From: Octopus sinensis
Lineage: Eukaryota
Direction: 5' to 3'
Length of the DNA stretch: 64,000 bases
NCBI RefSeq assembly: GCF_006345805.1
Contig: NC_043007.1
Coordinates: 58,652,001-58,716,000, forward strand
Shown: one piece after another, positions 37,090-49,429 of the stretch
Numbering within the stretch: position 1 is the stretch's first letter
Layout of the letters: each line of letters begins with the position of its first letter
Translations under genes and position numbers: made by a program
The notes under the pieces: generated by a model
What the model was told of the DNA's origin: nothing
Seen by the model: the letters and a program-made list of their open reading frames with translations, nothing else
The model's database searches: none

Positions 37090-37680
37090 GTGGATGGGAG
37101 TAACTGAAAGAGAGATAAAAATTATGAGGACAAGGTATAGGGGTGTACCCTCAAGTTATAAGAAGATGGGTAGAAGAGAGAATAAGGACAGAAGATCAAG
37201 AAGGGTGGGTGGGTAAGTTCACAAGAGTATGAGAGAAAAGTGATAGAGATGGAGGTAGAGGTGAATGCTGAACAAGTATGGCGGTATAGTTGATAGTAAA
37301 TATGAGTTTGATGGGAAGGTGATAAGGAATAGAAGTGATAAATGGTGTGATAAATAGCAATAAAGAAAGAGTGGAGAAGAGCAGAACAATAGAATCAGAT
37401 AGATAAGAAATATGCTGATAAAATGTGGAGTGGGTGGGTAAAGGAAGAGTCTGGGGAGAGAGAGAGAGACAGACGGATGTACCATGACAGAGATGGAGGA
37501 GAGAGGTAGACAGGGATAGCTACAGTGAGTGACAAAGATGAGCAGCAGTCAATGACAAAAAAAGAGGTTATTAAAAATGAGTTATGGAAGTCATGAGATG
37601 TAGCTCAAGAAAAAAGGGAGAGATAACTAACTAGTTGCACGGGTAGAGTGATCAGGAAAGAATAAAAATAGGAAGGTGGA
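37090..37680. repeat. Purine-rich (A/G) low-complexity tract
   Basis: Strong strand asymmetry (GAGA/GAAG/GATA runs); similar tracts at 6840-7020 and 7300-7560, and as a C/T-rich mirror at 60480-61070. Confidence 0.6.
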
Positions 37681-37747
37681 TGTGTGTTTGTATGAAAATA
37701 TATATATATTTATTATTTATAATGTTGATTGTTTTTTTATTTTGTAG

Positions 37748-37809
37748 AGTACCTGTTCTACGATCACAGTAACCTTGTTACAAGCTGGCCACTGCCTTGG
37801 TTCAGTCAT
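37748..37809 (+). CDS. DCLRE1C: Artemis exon 5 (STCSTITVTLLQAGHCLGSVM)
   Basis: TTTGTAG acceptor, GTGAGT donor; AGHC.GSVM metal-binding motif; 62 nt. Confidence 0.95.
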
Positions 37810-39354
37810 GTGAGTTTCTCAAAGACTTCTCTCTTTAATATGCAAAGTTGAAAAAAAAAAAAATCAATGATTGTTATTTTCCTTTATTTTTCATGACAGG
37901 TAATTAAAGTTACGTGTCATAAACAGAGATTAATTTCTTGTTAATGCATCTAGATCATGATGTACTCTAAATAAAATATGCAAAAAATTATCAATTATCA
38001 ATTAGGTGCTGGCATGGCTGTGTGGTAAGTAGTTCGTTTCCCAACCATGTGCTTCTGGGTTCAGTCCCACTGTGTGACACCTTGGGCAAGTGTCTGGTAG
38101 ATAGAAAGTAATATATATATATATATTACTTATATATCAATTTTTATTTCTCTTTCCCTTCCAGAATTACAACTATTAGTGGTTTGGAGTTTAACTGCTC
38201 TTTCTAGTGAGTCAGATGTCCTATTATGGTCATCTCTTATGTGTTTAAATGAATAATATATAGTCTATTGACTATTCTTTCTTTCTCGCTAGACCACTGG
38301 TAGCGGAGAATTTTTCTAAGATTTATTAATTAATGATAAAAGGATTTTATAGACTATATATTATTCTTGCTATGTGCATGTGCAAAGTTACAGCTCAAAT
38401 CCAATTGAAGTCACCTTTTTCTATTCTGTAATTCGTGTTTGTGGTGAGTGTATTTGAAAACCTGATCTTCCATATAAATTTAAAATTAAGTTCTCCCAGA
38501 AATCCTGTCCTTTACCTCTTGTTTCTAGCATGTCTGAGGTGATATCTGCGCCTCACCCCCGATTTTTTTTTCCTAAATTTTTTCCATTTCCTATGTTTTC
38601 AGTACAGAGGATTAGGAGTTTGCTCCCAAAATACGTTCTCAAATTTTCTCCCTCCCCATCCCAATTTCTTCATTTTTTAAAAAACTTTTTTCAAATTTTT
38701 TTCTTGATAATCTACAGAGAAAAAAACAGAGAGTATGAATCTAAGAATTTTCTTCTTTTTTTCTTAAAGAAACACTAAAATCTCCTCAAACATCCACTCA
38801 TCACCTTACCACTTTCAAAAAGCTACAAACTCCCAATGTTTCACTTTTAGCTTTTTGGAAAGTGGGGAACAGTAATAATGCCATTTACCTGTTGTTTCAA
38901 GCATGTCGAGTTTTCTGGTAGTGCTCTAATATTTTTTACATCTGCTATTTCAGAAACATCAGACGAAAATGAAACATTGGATGCTTTTAGCTTTTTGAAA
39001 GCAAATAGGTGATGGGTATGCTAGGTGGGGAAGGGGCATTAAGTGTTTCTTTAACATAATCTTTTTTAAAAAAATATTTCCCAGATTTGTAATGTCTGTA
39101 TTGTCCTACATGGATAAAAAATAAAAAATTCGTCAAAAATTTACAAGTTAAGAAATTGTGGAAGGGACAGGAGGAAACTAAAATTTTGAAAATATGATTT
39201 CTGGGCAAAATCATATTAAACCCCTCTTACATGGTAGAACAATACATAGTTTGTGATCCTTCTTAAGAACAGAAAGCACTTCCAGACAAACAAATGCAAA
39301 TTGTACCCCCATCACTTTTAAACAAACAATACAATATGGCTGTATATCATAAAA

Positions 39355-39382
39355 CCCGGGCAACACCCGGATGCATTGCTAG
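39355..39382 (+). mobile_element. Helitron 3' terminus
   Basis: CCGGG-CAACA-CCCGG hairpin followed by CTAG|T; 5' end not located. Confidence 0.6.
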
Positions 39383-39469
39383 TATATGTATATGAGTGTG
39401 TGTGTGTGTGTGTATATATATAGATGCATATCTATATATGTGTGTATATGTATATCATCATCATCATCA

Positions 39470-39828
39470 TTGTTTAATGTCTGTTTTCCATGCTCGCATG
39501 GGTTGGACAGTTTAACTGAGGTCTGTAGAACCAGCAACTGCACCAGGCTCCAATCTGATCTGGCAATGTTTCTACAGCTGGATGCCCTTCATAATGCCAG
39601 CCACTCCAAGAGTGTAGTGGGTGCATTTTATATACCTCCGGCACAGGAGCCAGATGGGCGGGCCTGACATCGATCATGTTCAGATAGTGCTTTTTACATG
39701 CCACCACCACGGGGGAGAGCCAGCAGGTACTGGTATTGGCCACGTTTAGATGGTGATTTTTACTTGCCACAAGCACAGGGGCCAGTCAAGCAGTCCTGGC
39801 ATTGATCACATTCGGATAGTGCTTTTTA

Positions 39829-39830
<2 letters not shown>
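39470..39830 (-). mobile_element. SINE of the (GAT)n-tailed family carrying internal GTAAAAAGCAC repeat units
   Basis: CATCATCAT...TTTCCATGCTCGCATGGGTTGGAC tail and several GTGCTTTTTA units; family also at 47440(-), 48170(+), 49690(+). Confidence 0.75.
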
Positions 39831-39869
<39 letters not shown>

Positions 39870-39870
<1 letters not shown>

Positions 39871-41160
39871 GAGGGGCGTTCAATAAGTAATGCCCCTGGC
39901 CCACTTCCCATAGCAGTAGAGCAACGAAACTTGGCACAGTTATTAGTCTTTTTCTATATAGGTACCACCCAGAGTTATGCATTTCTCCCATCGTTTGATG
40001 CAGCTCTGGAGACCGTTTTTGTAGAAGACCCCAGCTTGGTCCTCCAATCACGACGTGATTTCAGAAATCAAGGCTGCATCATTTGGGAAACGCTTTCCTT
40101 TCAAAAACAACTTCATGGCTGGGAAGAGGTGAAAATCAGAGGGTGCAAGGTCAGGAGAGTAGGGGGAAGGGGGGAGTTCATAGCCGCACGCCTGTGCTTC
40201 TGATCTGGCGACACACGAGTTGTGGACCGGAGCGTTGTCCTGCAGGAGGAGGATGCCTTTGCTGATCTTGCCCCGCCTCTTCATTTTGATAGCTTCTCTT
40301 AATTTCCTCAAAAGTGAATCATAATAGGCTCCTGTAATTGTGGTACCCTTTGCCAGGAAATCTGTCATCACTACTCCGTCCTGGTCCCAGAAGACTGTGA
40401 GCATGACCTTGCCAGCGGAAGGCTGCACCTTTGCCTTCTTTGGAGGAGGTGAGTCATGGTGCTTCCACTGCATTGACTGGGCTTTGGTCTCTGGATCATA
40501 GTGATGGACCCAGGTTTCATCCTTGTGTAATCAGTCTTTTGAAAAATTTTGACTCATCTTCTTGGCACATCTCCAAATTCATCCTCGAGCACTCAACGCG
40601 TTCTTGCTTCTGGAAAGGTGTGAGCAGCCTGGGAATCCATCTGGCAGACACCTTTTGCATATGCAAATGGTCATGAATGATATTTTCCACAGACCCGGTA
40701 CTAATCTTGACCTGATGGGCTATTTGGCGAATTGTTATGCGTCAATCTTCCAAAATGGCAGCCTCAACTTGACGGACAGATGCCTCATCAATGGCAGAAG
40801 GGGGGCGACCAGATCTGGGAGCTGTTTCCACAGAGTTCCGACCATGTTTGAATTCACAATGCCAGCGTTTTACAAGGTCATATGATGGGGCATCATCACC
40901 ATAAGTTACTTTCATTTCATCGAAAGTCTCCTGTGGTGTGCGTCCTTTCAAATACAAAAACCGGATCACTGCTCGACACTCAACAGGCTCCATTTCACAC
41001 TTGACTCAGTTCAAACACCTGTAAATCAGAAACCACAATTAGTTCAGAGCTGTAATTTGCCATTTAATCTATAGAGATATAAATAATTGCACATGCAAAA
41101 TTTCAGCTAGATCAAACAACTGCAAGTGAGTCAGGGGCATTACTTATTGAACGTCCCTCG
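39870..41160 (-). mobile_element. Full-length (1291 bp) mariner element, irritans/Hsmar2-like, with an inactivated transposase
   Basis: 29-bp TIRs (T/C)GAGGG(G/A)CGTTCAATAAGTAATGCCCCTG; TA at the right end; transposase from ATG 40993 with RSGRP, WIPRLLT, DETWVHHYDPE, QDNAPVH, YSPDLAPSD; TGA for CGA at ~40742, +1 frameshift ~40522, premature stop at 40048. Confidence 0.95.
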
Positions 41161-41381
41161 TATATATATATATACATATGCGACGGGTTTCTTTCAGTTT
41201 CCATCTACCAAATCCACTCACAAGGCTTTAGTTGGCCTGAGGCTATAGTAGAAGACACTTGCCCAATGGGACTGAACCCAGAACCATGTGGTTGGGAAGC
41301 AAGTTTCTTACCACACAGCCACTCCTGCGCCTATAAATGTGTGTGTGTGTATGAACTTTTACATGCATATATACGTTTATA

Positions 41382-42245
41382 TGAGGTGTAGTCAAAAAGT
41401 GTCTGACCTTGATTTTTTTTGCACAAAATAATAATGTATGAGTAAAATCCACATGAGTATTAGGTGGCTGTGTCTTTCCTGAGCATGCACAAAAATTTTT
41501 GTGTCTGAAGGTTGTACCATTCACCCACAGTAACATGTTGAGTGCAGATGTGAAGATTGTGCTGTGCGATTTTTCTTTTTGAATCAAGATGACCAAGTGC
41601 ATTGAGCAAAGATACTGTATCAAATTCTGCCAAAAACTTGGTCATATGCACACCCAGACTATCAAGAAGATTCAGTAGGTCTTTGGAAATGGTGCTATGG
41701 GAAAAACACAAATAAAGGAGTGGTACAACTGGTTCACAAATGGCCGAACCTCAGTGGACAGTGAGCCATGATGTGGTGGACCATCCACTAGCAGAAATGA
41801 TGAAATGATTACAAAAGTTCTTCATCGCCTTTGTGAAGCTGTGCAACGAAAGCAACCCAACTTGTGGACAGCAAAGAACTGGTAACTCTACCCTGACAAT
41901 GCACCTGCTCATTCCACTCACGTTGTCCAAGCATTCCTCGGCAAGCAAAACACACCACTTGTTTGTCAGGCTTTCTACTCACCAGACTTGGCTTCGTGTG
42001 ACTCAAAAACCATTCAAAGGGAGAAGATTTGAGTCAACAGAGGACATTAAGCAAAATTCGATGGCACAGCTCCACAGCATCCTGAAAAGTAATTTCCAGA
42101 GATGCTTCCAGCAGTGGCAGGAATGCTGGCAGAAGTGTGTAGATTCCTAAAGCGAATACTTTGAAGGCGACTAAATCAAAATGTTAAGTTTTTTAATATT
42201 ACTTGTCTTTTGGTCAAAGGTTGGATACTTTTTGACTACACCTCG
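41382..42245 (+). mobile_element. Internally deleted mariner element (864 bp) of a different family
   Basis: TA...TA flanks; TIRs (T/C)GAGGTGTAGTCAAAAAGT; EQRYCIKFC N-terminus joined directly to LCEAVQRKQPNLW...DNAPAHS...FYSPDLASCD. Confidence 0.9.
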
Positions 42246-42304
42246 TATACATACACACACAAACATATGTGTGTGTATATGTATATATACATGTGGATGT
42301 GTAT

Positions 42305-42619
42305 ATATGTGTGGAGGCGCAATGGCTCCGTGCTTGGGACAGCAAAACTCGCGGTCTTAGGATCGCAGTTTCGATTCCCAGACTGGGCGTTGTGAGTGTT
42401 TATTGAGCAAAAACACCTAAAGCGCCATGAGGCTCCAGCAAGGGGTGGTGGCGGTCCCTGCTGTACTCTTTCGCCACAACTTTCTCTCACTCTTTCTTCT
42501 GTTGGCCTGCTTGCTTAGCCAGCGAGGTGGCGTCATTTAAAGGCTAAAACAATGTGAAGCGCATTGTGACCAGCGATGTGTAGCAACATCTGATAGCCTG
42601 GTCGGTCACGGTGATCACA

Positions 42620-42667
<48 letters not shown>

Positions 42668-42775
42668 CCTGCTCCCTTAGCCGGCGAGGTGGCGTCATTC
42701 GAAGGCTAAAACAATGCGAACGCATTGTGACCAGCGATGTGTAACAACATCTGATGTTCTGGTTGGTCACGTGAT
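42305..42775 (+). mobile_element. tRNA-head SINE with a tandemly duplicated 3' part
   Basis: GGAGGCGCAATGGCTCCGTG...GTTTCGATTCCC head; ~120-bp 3' segment repeated at ~42503 and ~42664 across a (TA)n run. Confidence 0.7.
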
Positions 42776-43124
42776 ATATATATATATTCTGAGATTCCCT
42801 TCGGTCACAACACAGACCATGGGATTGCACCTAGAAAGTTACCCTCCAAGGCACAAGTCCAGGCAAGGTTGTTTATGGAAGACCAACAGTTGCCCACACA
42901 TACTGGCCTCCTCTCCATGCCATCGATGTTATCCAAGGGAAAGGCAAGGGCTGATACAGCTTGGTACTTGTGACATCGCAACTCATTTCTACAGTTGAGT
43001 GAACCAGAGCAACGTGAAATAAAGTGTCTTGCTCAAGAACACAACACACAACCCGGTCCAGGATTCGAGCTCATAACCTCACGATCGTAAGCTCGATGCT
43101 CTAACCACTGAGCCATGCGCCTTC

Positions 43125-43159
<35 letters not shown>

Positions 43160-43686
43160 CAAAAATGTATATATATATATATGTGTGTATATGCAACAAG
43201 CAAATTAGCTAGTTAGTTCAGTGACTGTGTGTCATTTGATTTCTATATATTGTGAGCTGGAGTGATCTACTGCTATCTCTAGTGGACAAGTATCCACCAC
43301 TAAATGATGACCACAAAGAGGTTGAAACTGTACAATCTAGTGGTCCCATAGCTAGAGGATGGTAGGGTCCAGTACCATGCTTGCAATATATATTGGGTGC
43401 AGATTGCATCAAATGACCAGCTGGATGAAGCATCCTCCAGGGGTTAAAAATAACAGTAATGTTAGTTCCTATGGAACAGCTATGTTGAAGTGGTGATTAC
43501 TATCATCATACATCCACTTCACCCCACCACCACAGGAAATTTATATATTTAGTTGCATACACTATATTCTGCATGTTTTTGTTTGTGTGTGCTCTTTATG
43601 GAAGTTGTATTTTGCTTTTGTTTTTCTTTTGTGGTTTAGGGTTATTAATTTTCTATATTTCATTTCCTTTTATGTTTTCCCAACAG

Positions 43687-43788
43687 GTTCTTAATTGAAG
43701 GTTCCGAAGGTACCGTTCTATACACTGGGGACTTCCGATGGGAAGAGAATGAATTTTTCCGAATGTCATGGCTGAAGTCTGGAGACAA
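43687..43788 (+). CDS. DCLRE1C: Artemis exon 6 (FLIEGSEGTVLYTGDFRWEENEFFRMSWLKSGD)
   Basis: CAACAG acceptor, GTATAT donor; VLYTGDFR motif; 102 nt. Confidence 0.96.
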
Positions 43789-43809
43789 GTATATAAGAAT
43801 TATAGTTTT

Positions 43810-44205
43810 ATCTTTCACTTGTTTCAGTCATTTGACCACAGCAATGCTGGGCTACCACTTCGAAGGGTTTTAGTTGAATAAATCAACCTTAGGACTTATT
43901 TTTTTAAGCGTAATACTTATTCTATCAGTCTCTTTTGCCAAATCACTGGGTTATGAGGACAAAAACACATCAGCACCAGTTGTCAAGTGGTGGTAGGGGA
44001 CAAACACAAAGATACACACTCACACATACATATATATGACAGGCTTCTTTCAGTTTCCTTCTACTAAATCCACCCACAAGCCTTTGGTCTGCCCAAGACT
44101 CTAGTAGAAGACACTTGCCCAAGGTGCCATGCAGTGAGACTGGACCTGGAACTATGTGGTTGAGAAGCAAGCTTCTTATCGCACATCTGCACCTGTGCCT
44201 AGTGG
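43810..44205 (-). mobile_element. Full-length tRNA-head SINE, antisense, ~20 nt downstream of the exon 6 donor
   Basis: Reverse complement of the 14709-type SINE. Confidence 0.85.
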
Positions 44206-44782
44206 GTTCTTTTGCTAATACGGCTCCAGTCAGTATTCTTATAGTAGCACTACAGCATGAAGTATTTTTAAGTGCAAACTTAAGTTTTTACTGAAGGTGA
44301 GAAGTCTTTCTCTGATGAATATTGGAAAAAACTGGAAACTAGTCAGATTAATCTCACTTTTTTCTTCCCACTGAGAGATAAAAAGTTGTCATACACAACC
44401 ATTTTATTTACTTATCACTGTGAGGTTTAAAATTTTATGTTTATCAAAAATGGTATGCATTTTCTAAGTATTCTAAAAATGCTAAATTGTGCATTTTTAA
44501 TCATGTTTCACACACACGCACACACACATATAATATTTATTTCTTTATTGCCCACAGGGGGCAAAACATAGAGGGGACAAACAAGGACAAACAAAGGGAT
44601 TAAGTTGATTACATTGACCCCAGTGCATAACTGGTACTTATTTCATCAACCCTGAAAAGATGAAAGGCAAAGTTGTCCTCGGCGGAATTTGAACTCAAAA
44701 CATAACAGCAGAAATACTGCCAAGCATTTCACCTGGCGTGCTAATGCTTCTGTCAGCCCATCGCCTTAATACACACACATAT

Positions 44783-44980
44783 GATATTATTTAATAGACA
44801 CAATGCATGTTTTTATATGATACTAATAGTTTCTTATGCTGAGAACATGCCAAATAATGAATTATAACATGTTTAACATCCCAACACAGTCATCAGGCAC
44901 AAACCGTTATTTGGCATGTTCTCAGCATATGAAACTATTATAGCACATAAAAGCATGTATTGTGTCTATTAAATAATATC
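44783..44980. mobile_element. MITE-like inverted repeat (75-bp arms, 49-nt spacer)
   Basis: Arms 44783-44857 and 44907-44980 are reverse complements with ~5 substitutions and one indel. Confidence 0.85.
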
Positions 44981-45403
44981 TATCTCTCACCAGATGGAGT
45001 CCTTTTTCTGTTGATTTTACCATCATGGAGCAGTATATTATATATATATATATCGCTTAGGCAAATCTAATTAACCTTTACCTGAATCTGGATATACCCA
45101 TCTATGTACACATTTTAAAATTAATCTTATTCTATTTATGGGAGGAGCTCTTGATTTTCATCCCCCACATATGTGTTTGCTTTTTCATTTGCAATGCTTT
45201 TTCCCATATATATATATATATATGCATAAGTGTAATTCATTTCCCAAATAAAGTGCACCTCAAATTCAAGGCTCTACTGAAACTCTAAGGTGTTAGTCAG
45301 ACACTCAACTATGAATCCACTGCATCTTAGAGCAAAAACAGCTCTAAGCTAATGAAGTTCATAAGATAATTGTTTATTCATTTGTCATCTCACTTTCTGA
45401 TAT

Positions 45404-45440
<37 letters not shown>

Positions 45441-46557
45441 TATATATATATATATATAAATGAGTGGATTTGGTAAATAGAAACTGAATGAAGCTCGTTG
45501 ATTGTGTGTGTGTGTTTGTGCCTCCTTGTTTTGTGAATATGTGATAGTTGTAAAAGTGTATGAAAAGTACGGGTAGGCTTGTAAGCCTAAATAGTTAATA
45601 AATTTGGCCAAAAGGACAGAATATGGATGTAGAGGAATGTGTTATGGACATACTGAATAGATTGAAAGGTAGTGGTTAGCTTGTAATCGGTTAATTAGAA
45701 TTACCATAAAAGTGAATAGTAACATGACTTAGTTCTTCTGAACTATGCCTATCCCGTGTCGAGTAAGGTCAAAATCAACCTCTAACTATTTTTAGAACAG
45801 AGTTCAAGACACACATGCTACAATTCAATCAGAATAAACTCTCCGTCCATTAGGATGTGAAAAATATCAGTCAATTTGCCCTGAAGAGGTTTTTTGCTTT
45901 TTTCAACTTCATAATGTACTTTAAATGCACTTAAATGTGTAAATATGGATAGGAGCAATGAACTGAAATGCAGTGTAGGCAATATGAATGAACTCATAAA
46001 TTTGACTGGACTATGATGATAATAAATGAATTGATTATTGTGTGTATGTATTCTCCATTTTCTTTGTATTGTTAAACTTTTTCTCCTATATCGAGAACAA
46101 TGGAAATCTCTATAGCAACAACTGGAATTCCAGAAGTATAAGGTAAAGAAGAATCAATGATAAACACTAGTACACATACACAAGTAGAATTCTCCAGTAT
46201 CATTAATCAATATAGTGCTAAACTGGTGTATGCTTGGATAATATATCTCAAAGAAAGAACAAATTTTTTCCATACAGACATATATATATATATATATATT
46301 TATGTGTATGTATACACACACTGTACAGTTTGAAAGTTATTTTATATACTGCATATACACACTTGCCTAGCTAACTGTTAGTCTTCCTCAACTAATGTTG
46401 TCCAATTCTGTGTGAACATGTTCAAATGCATGGTCAACTTTGACTGAAGAAGTATGTGTGTGTGTGTGTGTTGATATGGTGGCTAAACTTGTTTTGTAAA
46501 TTGCCAATTTGGTTGCATATTAATTTTTGAAATGTTCTTGTGTAATTCTAATTTTAG

Positions 46558-46771
46558 CATGAAATTAATTAAAAGCTTGTATGTAGACACAACCTTCTGC
46601 GTTCCTGAGGCCTTTCATATTCCAACTCGAACACAGTCATATGAAGCTGTCCTTTCTGAAGTTACAAAGCATTTTAAGAAAAATGACGCTAATTACGTAT
46701 GCATCTTTTCTAAAACCAGCTTTGGTTATGAACACCTGCTAGAGAAACTGGCTAAAGCTTTCAGAATGAAA
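46558..46771 (+). CDS. DCLRE1C: Artemis exon 7 (MKLIKSLYVDTTFCVPEAFHIPTR...FGYEHLLEKLAKAFRMK)
   Basis: ATTTTAG acceptor, GTAAGC donor; beta-CASP motif A (YVDTTF) and GYE.L; 214 nt. Confidence 0.96.
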
Positions 46772-47157
46772 GTAAGCTTTATTTGTTGTTTTCATTGTCA
46801 TTCTGTTTCTTTACTTGTTTTTGCTTATGAAGGAGAATATTAGAACTATTGATCTCATTTCTTCCATCTGTAAGTATGTTTGATCAGTCTGATCTTTGTC
46901 ATCAGGTGATTTATATAGGTTAGAGTCAAAGGAAACTTTTAATTCAATGTTTCTAAACCATCTTTTTTTATTATTCTAGACCCCTCTTTCATTTAATCTA
47001 AAAATAAACTTGAAAAGCATGCAGTCCACCATGGAGTAATGACAGGTTGGGTTTCAAGTCATAGAAAATTTGCTTCAATGAATTCCATCTGACCCATGCA
47101 AACATGAAAATGTAGACATCCGTATGATTTTGTGTGTGTATGTGTGATCATCATTTA

Positions 47158-47435
47158 TGTGGGATGACGTCAGCAGTTGGATGAGTTGACCAGAAGTTGG
47201 GGCTGACCGGAAGGGGGCAGCAGGCAGGTGCGCGCACACCGGTCATTTCGGCCTTTCCAACGAGGGTCGTTGAGGTGTGAAGACGTGGGAAGGCGTCGCT
47301 AAGGTTTGGGTGCAGCAGCTGCTATCTTTAGTGTTCGGGTCGGGGCTGTGTCGAAGGATCCATTACCACTGAAGGGTCTCCATCACGAGGAAGTGAAGGT
47401 AGGTGCCTTTATATTCGAATCGCGCACACACTACA
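47158..47435. mobile_element. Candidate solo LTR (278 bp)
   Basis: GC/CpG-rich island bounded by TGT...ACA, interrupting a SINE tail; flanks ATTTA / ATTGT give only a weak TSD. Confidence 0.5.
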
Positions 47436-47919
47436 ATTGTCAATAGTGGCATGGGTTGGACGGTTTGACCAGGGTTGGTAAGCTGGAAGGCTGCACCAGA
47501 CTCCAGTCTGATTTGGCATAGTTTTCTATGGCTGGGTGCCCTTCCTAACGCCAACCACTCCAAGAGTATAATAGGTGTTTTTACGTGCTACTGGCACAGG
47601 TGCCATTTGTATGACACCAGTATCTGCTATGACTGCAATTTCTCAAGCATGACATAATGCCAAAGGTCTCGGTCATTGCCTCTGTGAGGCCCAACACTTG
47701 AAAGTAACTCAGCCACTTTACCTCCATGAGGCTGTTATGATGATGATGATGATGAAATGTCTGTGTGTGTGTATGTTTCTAGCCATGTATCTCGTCTATA
47801 GCCAGACACTTGTATTTGTTTCTTGCTTGAGCTTTCCAACAACTGTCATAGAGCCACCTTCCCCTCTCAAATACTCTCTATTTAGTAGTAGGGGCTTTTT
47901 TCCTTTTCCTCTCCTCGTA

Positions 47920-47961
<42 letters not shown>

Positions 47962-48185
47962 TGTATGTGTATATGTATGGTTGTATATATATGTGTGTAT
48001 ATATGTGTGTGTGTGTAGAATATATATATATAGAATTTAAGCTGGGGTCATTTTCTGGGTCTATTGTAGAATAAATGCACACATATATGTACATACATAC
48101 ACACACACTTTTGCCTGCTCCAGTATATATATATTATATATATATATCAACATCAATGGAAATTGCAGCTGTGATACCAGTGCCG

Positions 48186-48620
48186 GTGGCACATAAGCAA
48201 ACCATCCGATCATGGCCGTTGCCAGCGCCGCCCCGAGTGGCACGTAAAAAGCACCACCCGACCGTGTCCGTTGCCAGCGCTGCCCCGACTGGCCTCTGTG
48301 CCGGTGGCACGTAAAAAGCACCATCCGATTGTGGCCGTTGCCAGCCTCGCCTGGCCCCCGTGCCGGTGGCACGTAAAAAGCACCACCTGACCGTGGTCGT
48401 TGCCAGCGCCGTCCCGACTGGCCTCCGTGCCGGTGGCACGTAAAAAGCACCATCCAATCATGGCTGTTGCCAGCCTCGCCTGGCCCCCGTGCCGGTGGCA
48501 CGTAAAAAGCACCATCCGTCCGTGGCCGTTTGCCAGCCCCGCCTGGCACCTGTGCCGGTGGCACGTAAAAAGCACCCACTACACTCACGGAGTGGTTGGC
48601 GTTTGGAAGGGCATCCAGCC
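48186..48620 (+). repeat. SINE-internal minisatellite, 62/67-bp alternating units
   Basis: GTGGCAC anchors at 48186, 48237, 48304, 48366, 48433, 48495, 48558; array runs into the SINE 3' tail (to ~48730). Confidence 0.9.
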
Positions 48621-48735
48621 GTAGAAACATTGCCAGATCAGACTGGGCCTGGTGCAGCCTTCTGGCTTCCCAGACCCCAGTTGAACCGTCCAACCCATGC
48701 TAGCATGGAAAGTGGACGCTAAATGACAATGATGA

Positions 48736-48793
<58 letters not shown>

Positions 48794-48806
48794 GTATGTA
48801 TGTATT

Positions 48807-48838
<32 letters not shown>

Positions 48839-49080
48839 ACTCAAGAAAGTTAGAGGTTGTGAATCCAACCCACTAAGGGATAATATCTATCCAATATACT
48901 GCTGGTAGAATACTCAATTATTAATACACAAGTGTTTTTAATTGCATTGCAATTACATTACCTAGTGTACTAAATGGGTGAAGGTAAAGAGATATTTTAC
49001 CATTAATTTATATAGCAAAAAGAAAATGGAGAGGATCAATAGGTGGTTCATCAACTTTTAGACATTATATTATGTTAACT

Positions 49081-49429
49081 TATCTAACTATTTTTAACTA
49101 ATTTCTATATCTATCTAATTATTTTAACTAATTTATCCATTATCCATCTCGCCTCTCGTGTATTCATCAACCATCGTGTATTCGCGCCTTCTTCTTCCGG
49201 ACAATCTTTACTTAAAAAACGCAGCCCCAAACTTCTGCTCTTTCATTCATTCATTCATCTAGCAGATAAGTTGAATGCTTATTTATTTATTTTCACTTCC
49301 CCATCAATCATACATGCTTTCTTATCTATCTAACTATTTTTAACTAATTTCTATATCTATCTAATTATTTTAACTAATTATCCATTATCCATCTCGCCTC
49401 TCGTGTATTCATCAACCATCGTGTATCGC
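49081..49429. repeat. ~104-bp near-identical direct repeat, 246-bp offset
   Basis: TATCTAACTATTTTTAACTAATTTC...CATCGTGTAT at 49081-49184 and 49327-49429. Confidence 0.9.

Noticed and set aside
48061-48693. 210-aa repetitive ORF and a CRISPR-like look (palindromic ~26-bp repeats with ~36-41-bp spacers)
   Set aside because: Spacers are homologous to each other, the array is embedded in a SINE, the context is eukaryotic and there are no cas genes; it is a minisatellite.
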